Below are positions 18,812-29,187 of a stretch of DNA of 64,000 nt, piece after piece; within the stretch, counting starts at the first letter, position 1; each line of letters opens with the position of its first letter. The notes under the pieces were generated by a model. The model did not search any database and was not told the origin of the DNA. It worked only from the letters and a program-made list of their open reading frames with translations. Both the position numbers and the translations under genes were made by a program. Source of the DNA: a virus; the IMG/VR virus record IMGVR_UViG_3300035660_000005, positions 1-64,000 of that record; one strand, given 5' to 3'.

Positions 18812-19882
18812 ATGGACAAGAACACAGTAGCGGTGTGGGGCTGGGTCCTTAGCGCAATGGACGGGGGCAACCTCGACCGCATCGTGCAGCGCCTTCGCGA
18901 TAGTGGCGTGACCATGCTCATCGGTCCAAAGGCCTGGGACAGCGGGCAGTGGATGACGAACGTCATCTGGAAGGAAGTCCGCGACGCCCTCAAGCAACGG
19001 ATGCCAGAGCTGAAGGTGTACGCCTGGGGCTACTGCTATCCAAGCACTGCGGTAGCGGACGGTGCGCGCGCTGCCGAATGCGTGACCTACGGACAAGCCG
19101 ACGGCGTCGTGCTCGACGTCGAGATCGAGTTCGAGAACCATCCGCGCGAAGCCCAGCTACTGTGCGAACGCTTCCGTTCGCAGTGTCCCGACACGGACTT
19201 GCTCTACTCCACGTTTGCACTCCCTGCCTACCACAGTGCCTTCCCCTACAGCACCTTCCAGCGCTACTGCAACGGACTCGTGCCGCAGCTGTACTTCACC
19301 TACTGGATCCCGCCTACAGGAAACATGTTCCAGAACGTGACCGCTGCCGCCGGTGCGATGTGTACCCAGCACGGCGCTATCGGAATCGGCTCGGACAGCT
19401 TGATCGTGACCGCTGACCTCTACGACGAGGGCGGACACCGCGCCCCGACAGCGGCCGAGATGGAGGAGTTCGCGCGTGCCTGCAAGCAGCTCAACTGCGG
19501 AGGTATCGCTGCCTGGTCCTACCAGCACATGAGCGATGCACTCTGGAGTGCCTTCCAGCGGGCCGAGGCGATATTCGCCTCAGCGGCACCATCGGACCCA
19601 TGCGCTGAGGTGAAGGCTCAATTGGCGGCAGCCCTTCGACAAGTCGACGCGCAGTCCGCACTCCTCAGCCACTCGGTGACACAGATCGCCGAGCTGACCA
19701 CCGAGCGCGATAACCTCCGCCGTCAGGTGGAGACGATTGCGGCACAGCGCGACGCGTATAGTGCTCAGGCGGAAAAGCGGCTGAAGAGAATTCGCGAGCT
19801 GGAACTGATCATCAAGGGTGCTGGCCAACTGGCGAAGGCAGTCTCCGACTCGTTGAACGGCGTCAAGCCCTACACGGACTAG
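18812..19882 (+). CDS. Endolysin, GH25-like TIM barrel with C-terminal coiled coil
   Basis: YAWGYCY, VLDVEIE (DxE), PQLY, AAWSYQ; follows the holins. Confidence 0.7.
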   Translation: MDKNTVAVWGWVLSAMDGGNLDRIVQRLRDSGVTMLIGPKAWDSGQWMTNVIWKEVRDALKQRMPELKVYAWGYCYPSTAVADGARAAECVTYGQADGVVLDVEIEFENHPREAQLLCERFRSQCPDTDLLYSTFALPAYHSAFPYSTFQRYCNGLVPQLYFTYWIPPTGNMFQNVTAAAGAMCTQHGAIGIGSDSLIVTADLYDEGGHRAPTAAEMEEFARACKQLNCGGIAAWSYQHMSDALWSAFQRAEAIFASAAPSDPCAEVKAQLAAALRQVDAQSALLSHSVTQIAELTTERDNLRRQVETIAAQRDAYSAQAEKRLKRIRELELIIKGAGQLAKAVSDSLNGVKPYTD

Positions 19883-22800
19883 ACGTTCGGGTGCACGCCC
19901 CGCAAGAAGTAAAACTGCCAAGACTTGCCCACAGTAGTCTGCGTCTCTAGTCCACATACGGGACCCGTTGACGTCGTCTGTCCAGGCAGGTTAGCCACGA
20001 ACGTATGGCTCGCCAGCACCTCATAGGCTGCGTCTAGCAACTCCACAAGGATGTTCGGTACCGTGTCATCGACTGTGATGCGCACGTAGACCGCGCCTGT
20101 GCTGGCGGCGATCCCACTGTCCACGATGTTCTGCGTCACGTTGTCCTTGCTCACGAACCGCCAGTTGGTGTCAGCGCGCGGAGTGGAGAACTGCACACCC
20201 ACGTAGTGACCAGCCGGGTCGTCGGCGCCGGCCATGGTTACCAGAGTCTGGTTGGACAGTCCGAAGAAGCAGCGCACGTTGGCTATGCTCACCAACTTCA
20301 GCTTGAGCAAGATGCGAGGACTCTGCCGGCGGGTGTGCACCTTCTGGGCTGTGAGAAACGCGAAGCCGCCCTCGTTGCCGGACACCGCGCCTGAGAGGAA
20401 GCTCGCGTACATACCGTCCGCGTCTTCCAAGCAGTAGCTGTCCGTGCCAGATATAGTCAGGGTTCCACCGGCGTAGAGACCTGTTCGGGAAGCTACGGTT
20501 GACGAGTAGCCAGGCTGCATGTCGCCCCACTGGCCCTTCCCGATCATGACGTCCGCGAGCGTGCCACCGTCACCGCCCGGAGGAGGAAGTGTCAGCTTGA
20601 GTACCTGGCCCTCTAGCTCAAGTGCAGGGTCACTTCCAGGATCGAGCGTCACCGCCGCGTGGTGTGGTGGGCCGTCGCCGATGGCTGTATGCTCGGCGTC
20701 GCGCATGATTGCGGCAGGGATGTCCGCGTCGTCCAGTACTCGGAATGCCGGCGGGGCAGCGGGGGCGGCGGCTGGCCCAGCGAGCACCATGTTCGGCTCT
20801 TCGCTGTTCGACTGTACGAGCTTCTTGACAGTCACCGTACCAGCGATGGTGTCCACCACGAGAACGCTGGTGAGGTCGGCCGCTTCGACGATGAAGGCCC
20901 CCTCGTCGTCTGTCGTGATACGGACGCCGAACATGAACTGCTGCCGACCGGGGATGTTGACTCCGGTCGTCGGGTTGATCGGGTTGAGTTGCCCACTCGC
21001 TGTGCTGCCTGTTGCGCTGCCTGCACTCATACCGTCAATCAGGCGCTTGATCCGAATGGACCACTCGTACTGCACCGAGTTGAACCCGACAGTCCAGTGG
21101 GCAGCACTGTCGTCGCCGACCTCCAACGTAATGGCGCGGACACGGAAGCGCTCCATGTTGATCTTGCCGGGGACGTCGACGTAGACCCAGTCGCCGATGT
21201 CGAAGTTCTCAAACACTTCCGACGCGCCGATGATGGACTCCACTACCGACGTGAAGCCCTCGTCTGCCTCACTCAGCGAAGCGAGGGCCAACGCCGCCGC
21301 ACGACCGGCGGTAGAGATGTCCTGCTTGGTGGCGTCCATGAACGTCTCGCGCCGCGGGAAACTGCTGGCCTTCGCGAACTCACTCAGGCCCGAGTCCGAG
21401 GCTACGAGCGCGATCGTCTTGACGGAACCGGATGTGCTCTTGCGATGCTTACTATAGAGGTTGTAGCCCTGGCGGAACGTCGTTGGGGCCTGACCGACAG
21501 TTCGGTCGATGCCGCGTGACACGTAGACCTTGAGCTTGATCCCACTGGTCACGTAGGCGTTGTAGCCCATCGTCACGAACTGGTTTAGTAGTGACGTCAG
21601 CGTGATGCCCGGTTCGACATCCATTGTGAACGTCTCTGGCCACAGCTCGCCGTTACTGTCCACCTCGTCGGTAAAGCCGACCGTCATGCCGAGCAGGGCT
21701 CCGCGGGCGGCCGCCTTCGCGACCTGATCTGCGAGGATGTAGCCAGGAGTTCTGTCGACGTAACTCGTCAGCAGTGGTTCGCGATCGGGCCAGTTGGGTG
21801 GGTAGACGACGGCGTTGTCAAGTAGTGCGAACGGACCACGTCCGGCAACGTTGTAGCCCTGAACAGACTCTTCGCCCTCCTCCAGAACCACCTCTTCAAC
21901 CTGCTCGATCAGGAACGCACAGCGCTCGATTCCGTCGTAGTAGATCCGCACGAGGTTACCATGCGCCAGGTTGGTTGTCGTTGCCTTGAGGTCAGAAGCG
22001 TGGATCGAGAACTTGCCAGCACCTGTGTTGTCGAGCTCCAACGAGGCGCCAACACCGAACGCGTTCTCCAGGATCGCGAGCAGCGTCCCGAAGTTGTCAC
22101 GATCGTAGACGCGAACCTCGACACCGATGCCTCGAAGCGGCTCTTCGGACAGTACGGTGAACGTGCGCGAGTTGGATTCGTCCTCGTGCACCCTTGTGTG
22201 CAACGTGTGGACTTGCCCCGACTCGGCGTCCACTGGGACCGTGAAGATGCCACGACGATTGCGGACACCAGTCGGACCGCCGCAGATCAACTCGTTGAGA
22301 AGTACCTCCAGCTCGAAGTCCCAATCGATCCATCCGTAGTCGTCGCCGTCGAGCGTGAGGTCAGAGTCGTTCCCACTGAAGTCGGCCACGGTCGCGCCGG
22401 CGCCGTCGTCGAAGTGCCACAGCCCTACCGTGTTAGGGTTGGGCGAGTACTCCCATTCCGGTGCGTAGTTGACTACACCGAGGTTGGCCTGAACGATCTG
22501 CATCTCACGGACGTCGGCCTCGACGTAGCTCGCCGTGCCGCCCACGCGCATGTAATCGATAGCGTGGTTGGTGACCGCGGCTGAAGCGACGAGGACACCG
22601 TCCACCAGCAGGTGAAGCGAACCGCCAGCGTAGACCAAACGAACAGCGTGCCAGTCGCCGTCGTCGTAGTGACCGAGCGTAGTGAGGATCGTCGCACCGT
22701 GCTTCGCACGCACGTGTCCCTGGTTGAGCTCGAGGATGTAGCGTGTGAGGACGGGCGCACCGTTCGTGCACAGCTCTACCAACGAACCGGTGCTCTCCCC

Positions 22801-23244
22801 AGTCGGATCCTCGTACGGACCTTGACGCTGACTTCTGAACCACGCCTCCAAAGTCCACGTCGTCTGCGTTGAGGTGAACACACCGTAGGCGTGACTCGAC
22901 CCTTGCACCCAGTAGCCGCTGGCGTCGTACGCGTCGTCTTGTCCGAAGCGGAGGAAGACGCACTCATCGCCGAAGCCCAGTCCTTCGAAGACGACCGTGT
23001 TGCCGACCCTACCGTATGGGGGAACCAGCGACTCCAGTCGAGGTGCAAACGCAAACTCTGGGCCAAGTTGATCGCTGACATGACCGACGGCGTAGTCGCC
23101 TGGGTTCTGAACAAGAACAAGACTGGGCTGCGCGCCGACCTTCTCTTCGACGCCGACGTTCTGCGCAGCGTAATCCGAAGGGGTGAGAGGAGTCAGGACC
23201 TCTACGCCGATGTTCTCGTCAATGTAGTAGCTGACTTCAGCCAC
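19879..23244 (-). CDS. Tail tip / baseplate hub (Tal-like) protein with IPT and LamG domains and C-terminal receptor-binding region
   Basis: LamG motifs (WTLEAWF, DGDWH, LLVDG, GLWHFDDG), siphovirus hub-like middle (FDIGDWV); downstream of Dit. Confidence 0.75.
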   Translation of the reverse strand: MAEVSYYIDENIGVEVLTPLTPSDYAAQNVGVEEKVGAQPSLVLVQNPGDYAVGHVSDQLGPEFAFAPRLESLVPPYGRVGNTVVFEGLGFGDECVFLRFGQDDAYDASGYWVQGSSHAYGVFTSTQTTWTLEAWFRSQRQGPYEDPTGESTGSLVELCTNGAPVLTRYILELNQGHVRAKHGATILTTLGHYDDGDWHAVRLVYAGGSLHLLVDGVLVASAAVTNHAIDYMRVGGTASYVEADVREMQIVQANLGVVNYAPEWEYSPNPNTVGLWHFDDGAGATVADFSGNDSDLTLDGDDYGWIDWDFELEVLLNELICGGPTGVRNRRGIFTVPVDAESGQVHTLHTRVHEDESNSRTFTVLSEEPLRGIGVEVRVYDRDNFGTLLAILENAFGVGASLELDNTGAGKFSIHASDLKATTTNLAHGNLVRIYYDGIERCAFLIEQVEEVVLEEGEESVQGYNVAGRGPFALLDNAVVYPPNWPDREPLLTSYVDRTPGYILADQVAKAAARGALLGMTVGFTDEVDSNGELWPETFTMDVEPGITLTSLLNQFVTMGYNAYVTSGIKLKVYVSRGIDRTVGQAPTTFRQGYNLYSKHRKSTSGSVKTIALVASDSGLSEFAKASSFPRRETFMDATKQDISTAGRAAALALASLSEADEGFTSVVESIIGASEVFENFDIGDWVYVDVPGKINMERFRVRAITLEVGDDSAAHWTVGFNSVQYEWSIRIKRLIDGMSAGSATGSTASGQLNPINPTTGVNIPGRQQFMFGVRITTDDEGAFIVEAADLTSVLVVDTIAGTVTVKKLVQSNSEEPNMVLAGPAAAPAAPPAFRVLDDADIPAAIMRDAEHTAIGDGPPHHAAVTLDPGSDPALELEGQVLKLTLPPPGGDGGTLADVMIGKGQWGDMQPGYSSTVASRTGLYAGGTLTISGTDSYCLEDADGMYASFLSGAVSGNEGGFAFLTAQKVHTRRQSPRILLKLKLVSIANVRCFFGLSNQTLVTMAGADDPAGHYVGVQFSTPRADTNWRFVSKDNVTQNIVDSGIAASTGAVYVRITVDDTVPNILVELLDAAYEVLASHTFVANLPGQTTSTGPVCGLETQTTVGKSWQFYFLRGVHPNV

Positions 23245-23265
23245 AGCACACTCCGGATCTAAGAC

Positions 23266-24141
23266 CTAGACCCAGACATCCACGTCGGGTGTAATCCTGC
23301 ACGAGAGTGTACCAAGCACGGCATTGGTCGGAGGTGCACACCGGAGGTAGATCACGCTGCTCACCTGACCTGGCGCGAGGTCACCGATAGCCTTCGACTG
23401 GGCATAGTCGATGCCGTCGAGACTAAGTAGTGTCCACGACGAGGCATTGCCATAGCTCGGTCCCTGCTCCACCGTAAGTGTGATCCCCTGAGCTGTCTTG
23501 GCAGCCGAGACGTTCTTGACGTAGAACTGGTGTACGTGACTAGCACCGCGCGCCTGGTCCTCGAAGTCCTCGTCGGTGGTCAACTCATCACCATCGGAGT
23601 CGGTGAACGAGAGGCGGTCCACTGCACCGGCCTCCAGTCCGTACAGGTGGACGACCGCGAGTAGCGCACTGGTGGAGGCCAACGTGAAACCGAGCTTGAG
23701 ACGGTACGCGACGTGCGCGGCAGCCGCACCGGCCGCCAGGATCGACTGGCGGTAGTTCGGTCGCGTGATGAGTGTCTCGTCCACGGCCAACCCTGAGACG
23801 ACTGTACTCCACGAGCCGTCGCGGCCGTTGGTAGTGTCGTCGGAGTACTCGACATCGAACAGCCCGAAGCGACCAGCCGGGACGGTGTCGCCGATGACCT
23901 TGACATCGGCGAGCTTGCGCACTTCAGGGAAGAGGAAGCACAGATACACGAACTGCCCCGCAGCGATCTGGCCACCGCCAAACAGCGTGTTAACGGTGTC
24001 GCTGTCCTCGTCGTTGATAGCGTCGATCTGCGCGCCAGTCAGTGTGTTGATCCCCTCAACGTCTGTGCGCCAACAGATCACCTGAGTGTTGTCCCTGTCG
24101 TACGCCCACCGTCGTGACGGCGGAGCTGGATAGTTAGGCAT
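23266..24141 (-). CDS. Minor tail protein (discoidin-like + Ig-like)
   Basis: VEYSDDTTNGRDGSWST; position between Dit and Tal. Confidence 0.6.
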   Translation of the reverse strand: MPNYPAPPSRRWAYDRDNTQVICWRTDVEGINTLTGAQIDAINDEDSDTVNTLFGGGQIAAGQFVYLCFLFPEVRKLADVKVIGDTVPAGRFGLFDVEYSDDTTNGRDGSWSTVVSGLAVDETLITRPNYRQSILAAGAAAAHVAYRLKLGFTLASTSALLAVVHLYGLEAGAVDRLSFTDSDGDELTTDEDFEDQARGASHVHQFYVKNVSAAKTAQGITLTVEQGPSYGNASSWTLLSLDGIDYAQSKAIGDLAPGQVSSVIYLRCAPPTNAVLGTLSCRITPDVDVWV

Positions 24142-24153
24142 GTGTCACCTTCC

Positions 24154-25515
24154 CTACAGGTATCTTGGCTTGTACGTGATCGTAGCCACCGCGTCCGGCG
24201 CAGAGTCGGAGTGCAGCGAGAGCGAGTTGGAGCCAGGCAGCAGCTTCATGAACGCTGGGTCGCCGGCGTGGCGCAGCGAGCCGATGATACTGACCGGGCC
24301 ACCGCCGGTGTCGAGCGTCGCCGTGAAGTTCTCGCAGTCGACCGCGAGGATGTCGTCCACGAGCATGGTCGCCAGCACCTCGACGTACCAACCCGAAGGG
24401 TGAGTGAGGCGCGGGTTCTCGCAAGCTCCGACGACCTCCCACACCAGGTTCGCCGTCTCGAACGTTCCTGGATGGTTGATCACCCACGGCTGTGTCTCAA
24501 GCCACCCACCAACGATGCTGAAGTTGTTCCACCGCTTGCTTCCAACGGCATTTGCACCCAGCCCATGCTTCGTGGCTGTCTGGTTGAACGAGTCAGTAAT
24601 CGAGGCGACGAGACTCTCGTTGACGTAGAGCTGGATACTATTGCCGTCAAGTACGACCTTAACTACGTCGCCGTCTTGCGGTGCGGGATCGCCCTCCCAC
24701 AAGAGTGTATGCCCACCGGCCTGCCTCCGATAGATGTAGTAATGAGCGCCGTCCACGTTCACAAAAAAGCCGTTGTCCACGTCGCTGTACCGAAAAGCCA
24801 CTCTCTGACCGTTGGCCCACTCCGAAAGGACGACCTGCACGGTACAGTCCGACAGGCCCACGTCTATCACTGCCAACTCCTTGTCTCCGCCTCCTGCGGC
24901 TGCAAGGTAGGCCTGATTGTCAACGATGCCCCACGTGCCCCAAAGGATTTCCCAAGGTTGTCCTTCCAGCAAACCACCATCCAGATTCCCCAGGTTCGCA
25001 GCATCATTTGACCTATCGAATGTGTCAGAAGCCCAAAGCAAGTCGTGCTCCAACGTCTCCACCGTCGTCGGCCCGTACCAGAACGGATCGGGCATCACCA
25101 TGTCGACGGTGAACCGTGCGACCGCACCCTTAACGGAGTCGAAGTCCAACGTGCCGAGTACCTCCGCGACCGCCGTGCGCTCGCTCCCATCGGGTAGAAC
25201 CCTTCGCAATGTGAGGAGACTATCACGGCGGCCGAAGAGTTGACGCAGTGCGTCCAAGTTGTCGTAGAGTGTGGCGAGACTGTCGAGGTGATCAGGGATC
25301 CCCCCGTCCGGCGTACAACCGAGCACGAACATCGACAGCGCCAGCTTGCGCTCGTCGTAGTACTTCACGCGCGAGCGCGAGCCGTGTCGATACGGGATCA
25401 CGAGATTGTCGCCGCGTGTTGGCGGTATCCCTGTTCCCGTCGGTACAGCTTCGATGTTCCATGCCAACGTTCTGAGCGACTGGTTGTCTACGTACCAAGC
25501 CTCCATGGCTACCAC
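24154..25515 (-). CDS. Distal tail protein (Dit) with inserted lectin-like domain
   Basis: Follows the TMP; MPDPFWYG and LLPGSNSL Dit motifs flank a ~180-aa beta-rich insert. Confidence 0.75.
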   Translation of the reverse strand: MVAMEAWYVDNQSLRTLAWNIEAVPTGTGIPPTRGDNLVIPYRHGSRSRVKYYDERKLALSMFVLGCTPDGGIPDHLDSLATLYDNLDALRQLFGRRDSLLTLRRVLPDGSERTAVAEVLGTLDFDSVKGAVARFTVDMVMPDPFWYGPTTVETLEHDLLWASDTFDRSNDAANLGNLDGGLLEGQPWEILWGTWGIVDNQAYLAAAGGGDKELAVIDVGLSDCTVQVVLSEWANGQRVAFRYSDVDNGFFVNVDGAHYYIYRRQAGGHTLLWEGDPAPQDGDVVKVVLDGNSIQLYVNESLVASITDSFNQTATKHGLGANAVGSKRWNNFSIVGGWLETQPWVINHPGTFETANLVWEVVGACENPRLTHPSGWYVEVLATMLVDDILAVDCENFTATLDTGGGPVSIIGSLRHAGDPAFMKLLPGSNSLSLHSDSAPDAVATITYKPRYL

Positions 25516-28500
25516 GCTCCCAAGTGACCGAACTGAAGCAACTTGCGATGCAGGCTGTCCTCCGCGGCCTCTGGTCGCGGGTTGTAGACGTGAACGTTGA
25601 GTTCTCTCTTACCTGGACCGGCCTGCTGCCCAGCGAACTTCTGGAGCACGTTCAACGGCCCAGCGCCCGTCGGGTTGAGAACGCCCATCTGTCGCGGCAG
25701 GTCCTTGACTCCAGCGCCCCAACCACCGAGCAGCCCAGCGGCCATGTCACCACCGACCTTGGCGAACTTCGTCGAAGGCGACTCGGCGCCGGCCTCCTCC
25801 TGAGCGGCCGCGATAGCGGCGTCGATGATCTCCCTGATCCTGTCGTAGAGTGTACCAGCGGCCGCATCGAGCCCACGGATCATACCAGCGATCAGTTCCT
25901 CCCCTACACGTCCAAACATCGAGCTGCCCTCGCCCATGGCGTAACTGAACGCTCCACTGGCAGCGTAGCCGACGAGCGCCGCACCACCCTGCTTGGCTGG
26001 TTCGACGCCGGCGATGATGGCCGCGGTCGCGGATGCAACGACAGCATCACCGATACTCGGCGCTTCCGCCTCGGCTGTATCGGTGCCCTCCTGGGCGGTG
26101 TCGACGACAGCTCCGACGATGGACGTGTTGAGTGTGGTGGCAGCCTCGTTGACGGCTGCCGGTAGCCCAGGCAGGCCCATCGCTGCACGAGTGGCGCTAG
26201 CCCACCCCTCGTCGAGCGCGTCCGGAAGATCTGGTAGACCCATCGCCGTACGTGTCGACTCAGCCCACTGGACAGCCATACTCTTGGCGGCCTCGTCTGC
26301 CGCCGTCGGTAGGGCAGAGAGTCCCATCGATGCGCGGGTAGCGTTGGCCCAGCCCTCATCCATGGCGGCCGGAAGATCGGGGAGCGCCATCGACTGACGA
26401 ACCAGGTCTCCCCACTGTGCGGCCATACTCGGAGCGCCAGCTGCAATACCAGAACCGACCTCGTTCGCGATCTTGAGACCGGCCTCGAATAGGGTCGACC
26501 ACGGCCCAGGAATCTTGTCCACGCCAGGGACGTTCTTGAGGCCACCAAGCATCGCGTTAGCGCCCTCACCGATTAGGTCTGCACCGGCACTGAGGCCCTT
26601 GCCGATCAGGTCAGGGAAGGATCCGGCCCACTCTGTGACCTTGGCAATCACGAAGTCCTTGGCGTTCAACACGCCCTGCCAGATCAGGTCAGGGATCTGT
26701 TCGCCTCGAGCAACCAGGCCTGGAGAACCGAACCAGTTCATCGGGTTGAGGATACTGAGGATGTCACCGACCAGCCCGCGCAGTCCACCAAGTAGTGTCT
26801 CCATTGCGTTCTGCACGCCCTGCCACATCAGGCCAGGCACACTCTGGGCGATGCCGAGCACCCCACTGATCCCTGAGCTGAGCGTCCCCAGGATGGTCGA
26901 CGCGATGTTCGAGCCCATCTCAGCGAGGCTGCCCGCGATGCCCGTGATCGCTTCCCACGCCTTGTCACGGAAGAGTGCAAAGAGGAGGCCTGGGATGCCC
27001 CCGAACACTGTGAGCAAGATTGTCTGCCAGTTGCTCGTGAAGAAGTTCGGAATGTCGGAGGTGAAGAAGGACAGGATTGTGTTCCATGCGGCCATTGCCT
27101 GATCGTGGAACACCGTGAAGAGGATACCGGGGATGCCACCGAAGACGACGATCAGGATTTGTGTCCAGTTGTCCTTGAAGAAGTTCGGAATCGTAGTGGT
27201 GAAGAATGGGACGATCTTCTCGTTCCAGACGCCCGCCAGCATCGAACCGAGGTTGCCGAAGAGCCCGGTCACTGCGTCCATAGCGCCCTGGAACAAGCCC
27301 AACAGCTTGGTGCGGATCCCGAAACTGTCGCCCGCGAGCGCGCCGGCGAAGATCCCGATCGGGCCGAGTAGGATACCCGCCACCATCGGCCAGTTGTCCT
27401 TGAGCCAGGCCAACGCCTGCTGTCCCATCTGGAGCAGCGGCTCGAAGAGGTGCATGAAGAACTCGCCGACCTTCTGAAGTGCCGGTAGGAGGACATCTGC
27501 AAAGAACTTCTTGACGTCATCCCAGTGGGTGATCAGGAGGTACGCAATGGCTGCGGCGGCGGCCACGGCCACGACGATGCCGAGAGGCGGTGTCATCATC
27601 GCCATGCCCAGTCCGCGTGCGGCGGTCGTCACCATGGGGAGCGTCTTCCCCATGCCACCGAGGGCACCAGTTAGTCCACCGATCATCGCGGCCGGCTTGA
27701 CTCCCATCGCACCCATGATCTGAAACGCTGGCGCGAAGTCCTTGGTCACGCTCATGGCGGTGCCCTTGATCTGGTTGCCCAACAGCTTCAGACGATTCAT
27801 GAGCGTGCCTTCGATGGCCGCGGCCGCCCTGTCGGTGGCACCTGCCGCCTCTTCGACCGACACCGAGAACGCACTTATGTCACCACCAGATGCGGACAAA
27901 GCTGCAGACAGTTTAGGACCAGCCTTCGCGCCGAACAGGTCGATCGCAACCTGGGCGCGCAGTGTTGGATCCTCGATCTTGCTGATGGAGTCGGACAGAA
28001 TCTTGAACTTCTCTGCCGGGGACATTGCCATGAAGGCAGCCAGGGAATCTCCCGTCAGTCCGATACTCGTCGCTATCGTCTCCAACTTCTTGTTGCTGGC
28101 GTCGGTGTTGTCAGTGAGCAGTACCACGGCCTTGGAAAACGCGGTGGATGTGGACGCGGCGTCAATGCCCGATGCCTCGAAGAGGTTGAGGTAGCTGATG
28201 GCGTCATCCATGCTCATACCCAGAGTCGTGAAGGTCGGAGCCAACGTATTCAGCGCTCCCGTACTCGCCTGGACGTTTGTACCGAACCGCTGGTGAGAGA
28301 CGATGAGGCGATCCATGATGCCTTCGCCATCGGCCGCCGTTCCGCCCCACGCGTCGAGAACGGCATCAAAGTCCTTCACACTCTGCACCGCATCAAGACC
28401 TGTGGCAGTGGAGAACTTGAGGTACTGCTCCGTCATGCCACGGACCTCTTCCTTGTTCTGGGCGTTCACGCCTTGCATGGCGATGAGGTTCTCGGAGACA

Positions 28501-28820
28501 CCGGCGATGGCTGCCTGACTCTGAAGGTTGCTCTTGGAAAGGTCGATGGTCACGCCCTTGATGGCGTTCAGGTCGCTGCCAGTCACTCCAGTTTGGGCAG
28601 ACAGTTGGGCCATGCTGGCGTCAAGTTGGTTGAACGAGGTGCCGAGGACGCCCACGCCGGCACCGAGGCCGGCGCCGATGGCGCCACCGAGGGCTGGGCC
28701 AAGCATCTTTCCGATAGACGCAGAGCCAGTCTTGGCCCTGGCCTCGGCCTGGTCCATCCCCTTCATGAAGTCGTCAGTTTTCGTCTTGAGATCGAAGACT
28801 GACTCTCCGGCATCACCCAT
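25509..28820 (-). CDS. Tail tape measure protein
   Basis: 1103 aa, Ala/Gly-rich helical, LFGAKAG motif, periodic W/F; follows the tail chaperones. Confidence 0.92.
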   Translation of the reverse strand: MGDAGESVFDLKTKTDDFMKGMDQAEARAKTGSASIGKMLGPALGGAIGAGLGAGVGVLGTSFNQLDASMAQLSAQTGVTGSDLNAIKGVTIDLSKSNLQSQAAIAGVSENLIAMQGVNAQNKEEVRGMTEQYLKFSTATGLDAVQSVKDFDAVLDAWGGTAADGEGIMDRLIVSHQRFGTNVQASTGALNTLAPTFTTLGMSMDDAISYLNLFEASGIDAASTSTAFSKAVVLLTDNTDASNKKLETIATSIGLTGDSLAAFMAMSPAEKFKILSDSISKIEDPTLRAQVAIDLFGAKAGPKLSAALSASGGDISAFSVSVEEAAGATDRAAAAIEGTLMNRLKLLGNQIKGTAMSVTKDFAPAFQIMGAMGVKPAAMIGGLTGALGGMGKTLPMVTTAARGLGMAMMTPPLGIVVAVAAAAAIAYLLITHWDDVKKFFADVLLPALQKVGEFFMHLFEPLLQMGQQALAWLKDNWPMVAGILLGPIGIFAGALAGDSFGIRTKLLGLFQGAMDAVTGLFGNLGSMLAGVWNEKIVPFFTTTIPNFFKDNWTQILIVVFGGIPGILFTVFHDQAMAAWNTILSFFTSDIPNFFTSNWQTILLTVFGGIPGLLFALFRDKAWEAITGIAGSLAEMGSNIASTILGTLSSGISGVLGIAQSVPGLMWQGVQNAMETLLGGLRGLVGDILSILNPMNWFGSPGLVARGEQIPDLIWQGVLNAKDFVIAKVTEWAGSFPDLIGKGLSAGADLIGEGANAMLGGLKNVPGVDKIPGPWSTLFEAGLKIANEVGSGIAAGAPSMAAQWGDLVRQSMALPDLPAAMDEGWANATRASMGLSALPTAADEAAKSMAVQWAESTRTAMGLPDLPDALDEGWASATRAAMGLPGLPAAVNEAATTLNTSIVGAVVDTAQEGTDTAEAEAPSIGDAVVASATAAIIAGVEPAKQGGAALVGYAASGAFSYAMGEGSSMFGRVGEELIAGMIRGLDAAAGTLYDRIREIIDAAIAAAQEEAGAESPSTKFAKVGGDMAAGLLGGWGAGVKDLPRQMGVLNPTGAGPLNVLQKFAGQQAGPGKRELNVHVYNPRPEAAEDSLHRKLLQFGHLGAW

Positions 28821-28824
28821 CTAA

Positions 28825-29187
28825 CTAGTCCCTATGGAACCCGATTCCAATCGGTCCAAGTGTCTTCTCGTACTCGTCCACGTGCAGCCTCTTGGCCGGT
28901 CGGCGGGAGCGCGAACGACTTCGCAGCTCGGAAAGCATCTGCTGCTGGGCGGACTTCTTCATGTGTGGGAACGCGCTCGTGCGAGCCATCATGACTTCCG
29001 TCGTTGCGAGCAGTTGAGGAAGTTGTTCGACGTACATCGCCAACACCCAGTTCGGAAGTCGACACAGCTCCTCGAACCCGAGCCCGAACCAGAAGGTCAG
29101 GATCGGGAACGACTCCACCGCTTCGCGGAGTGAGTCACGCTCGACGGAGTCGTCTTGCTCGCTCACGAACGGACTCCTTGACGGCAC
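28825..29187 (-). CDS. Tail assembly chaperone, T-like part
   Basis: Overlaps the G ORF and precedes the TMP; start uncertain. Confidence 0.55.
   Translation of the reverse strand: MPSRSPFVSEQDDSVERDSLREAVESFPILTFWFGLGFEELCRLPNWVLAMYVEQLPQLLATTEVMMARTSAFPHMKKSAQQQMLSELRSRSRSRRPAKRLHVDEYEKTLGPIGIGFHRD

Noticed and set aside
28832-29137. Stop-codon readthrough of the tail chaperone G into the in-frame ORF 28832-29065
   Set aside because: The readthrough product looks compositionally random; the +1 frame looks like a real T domain
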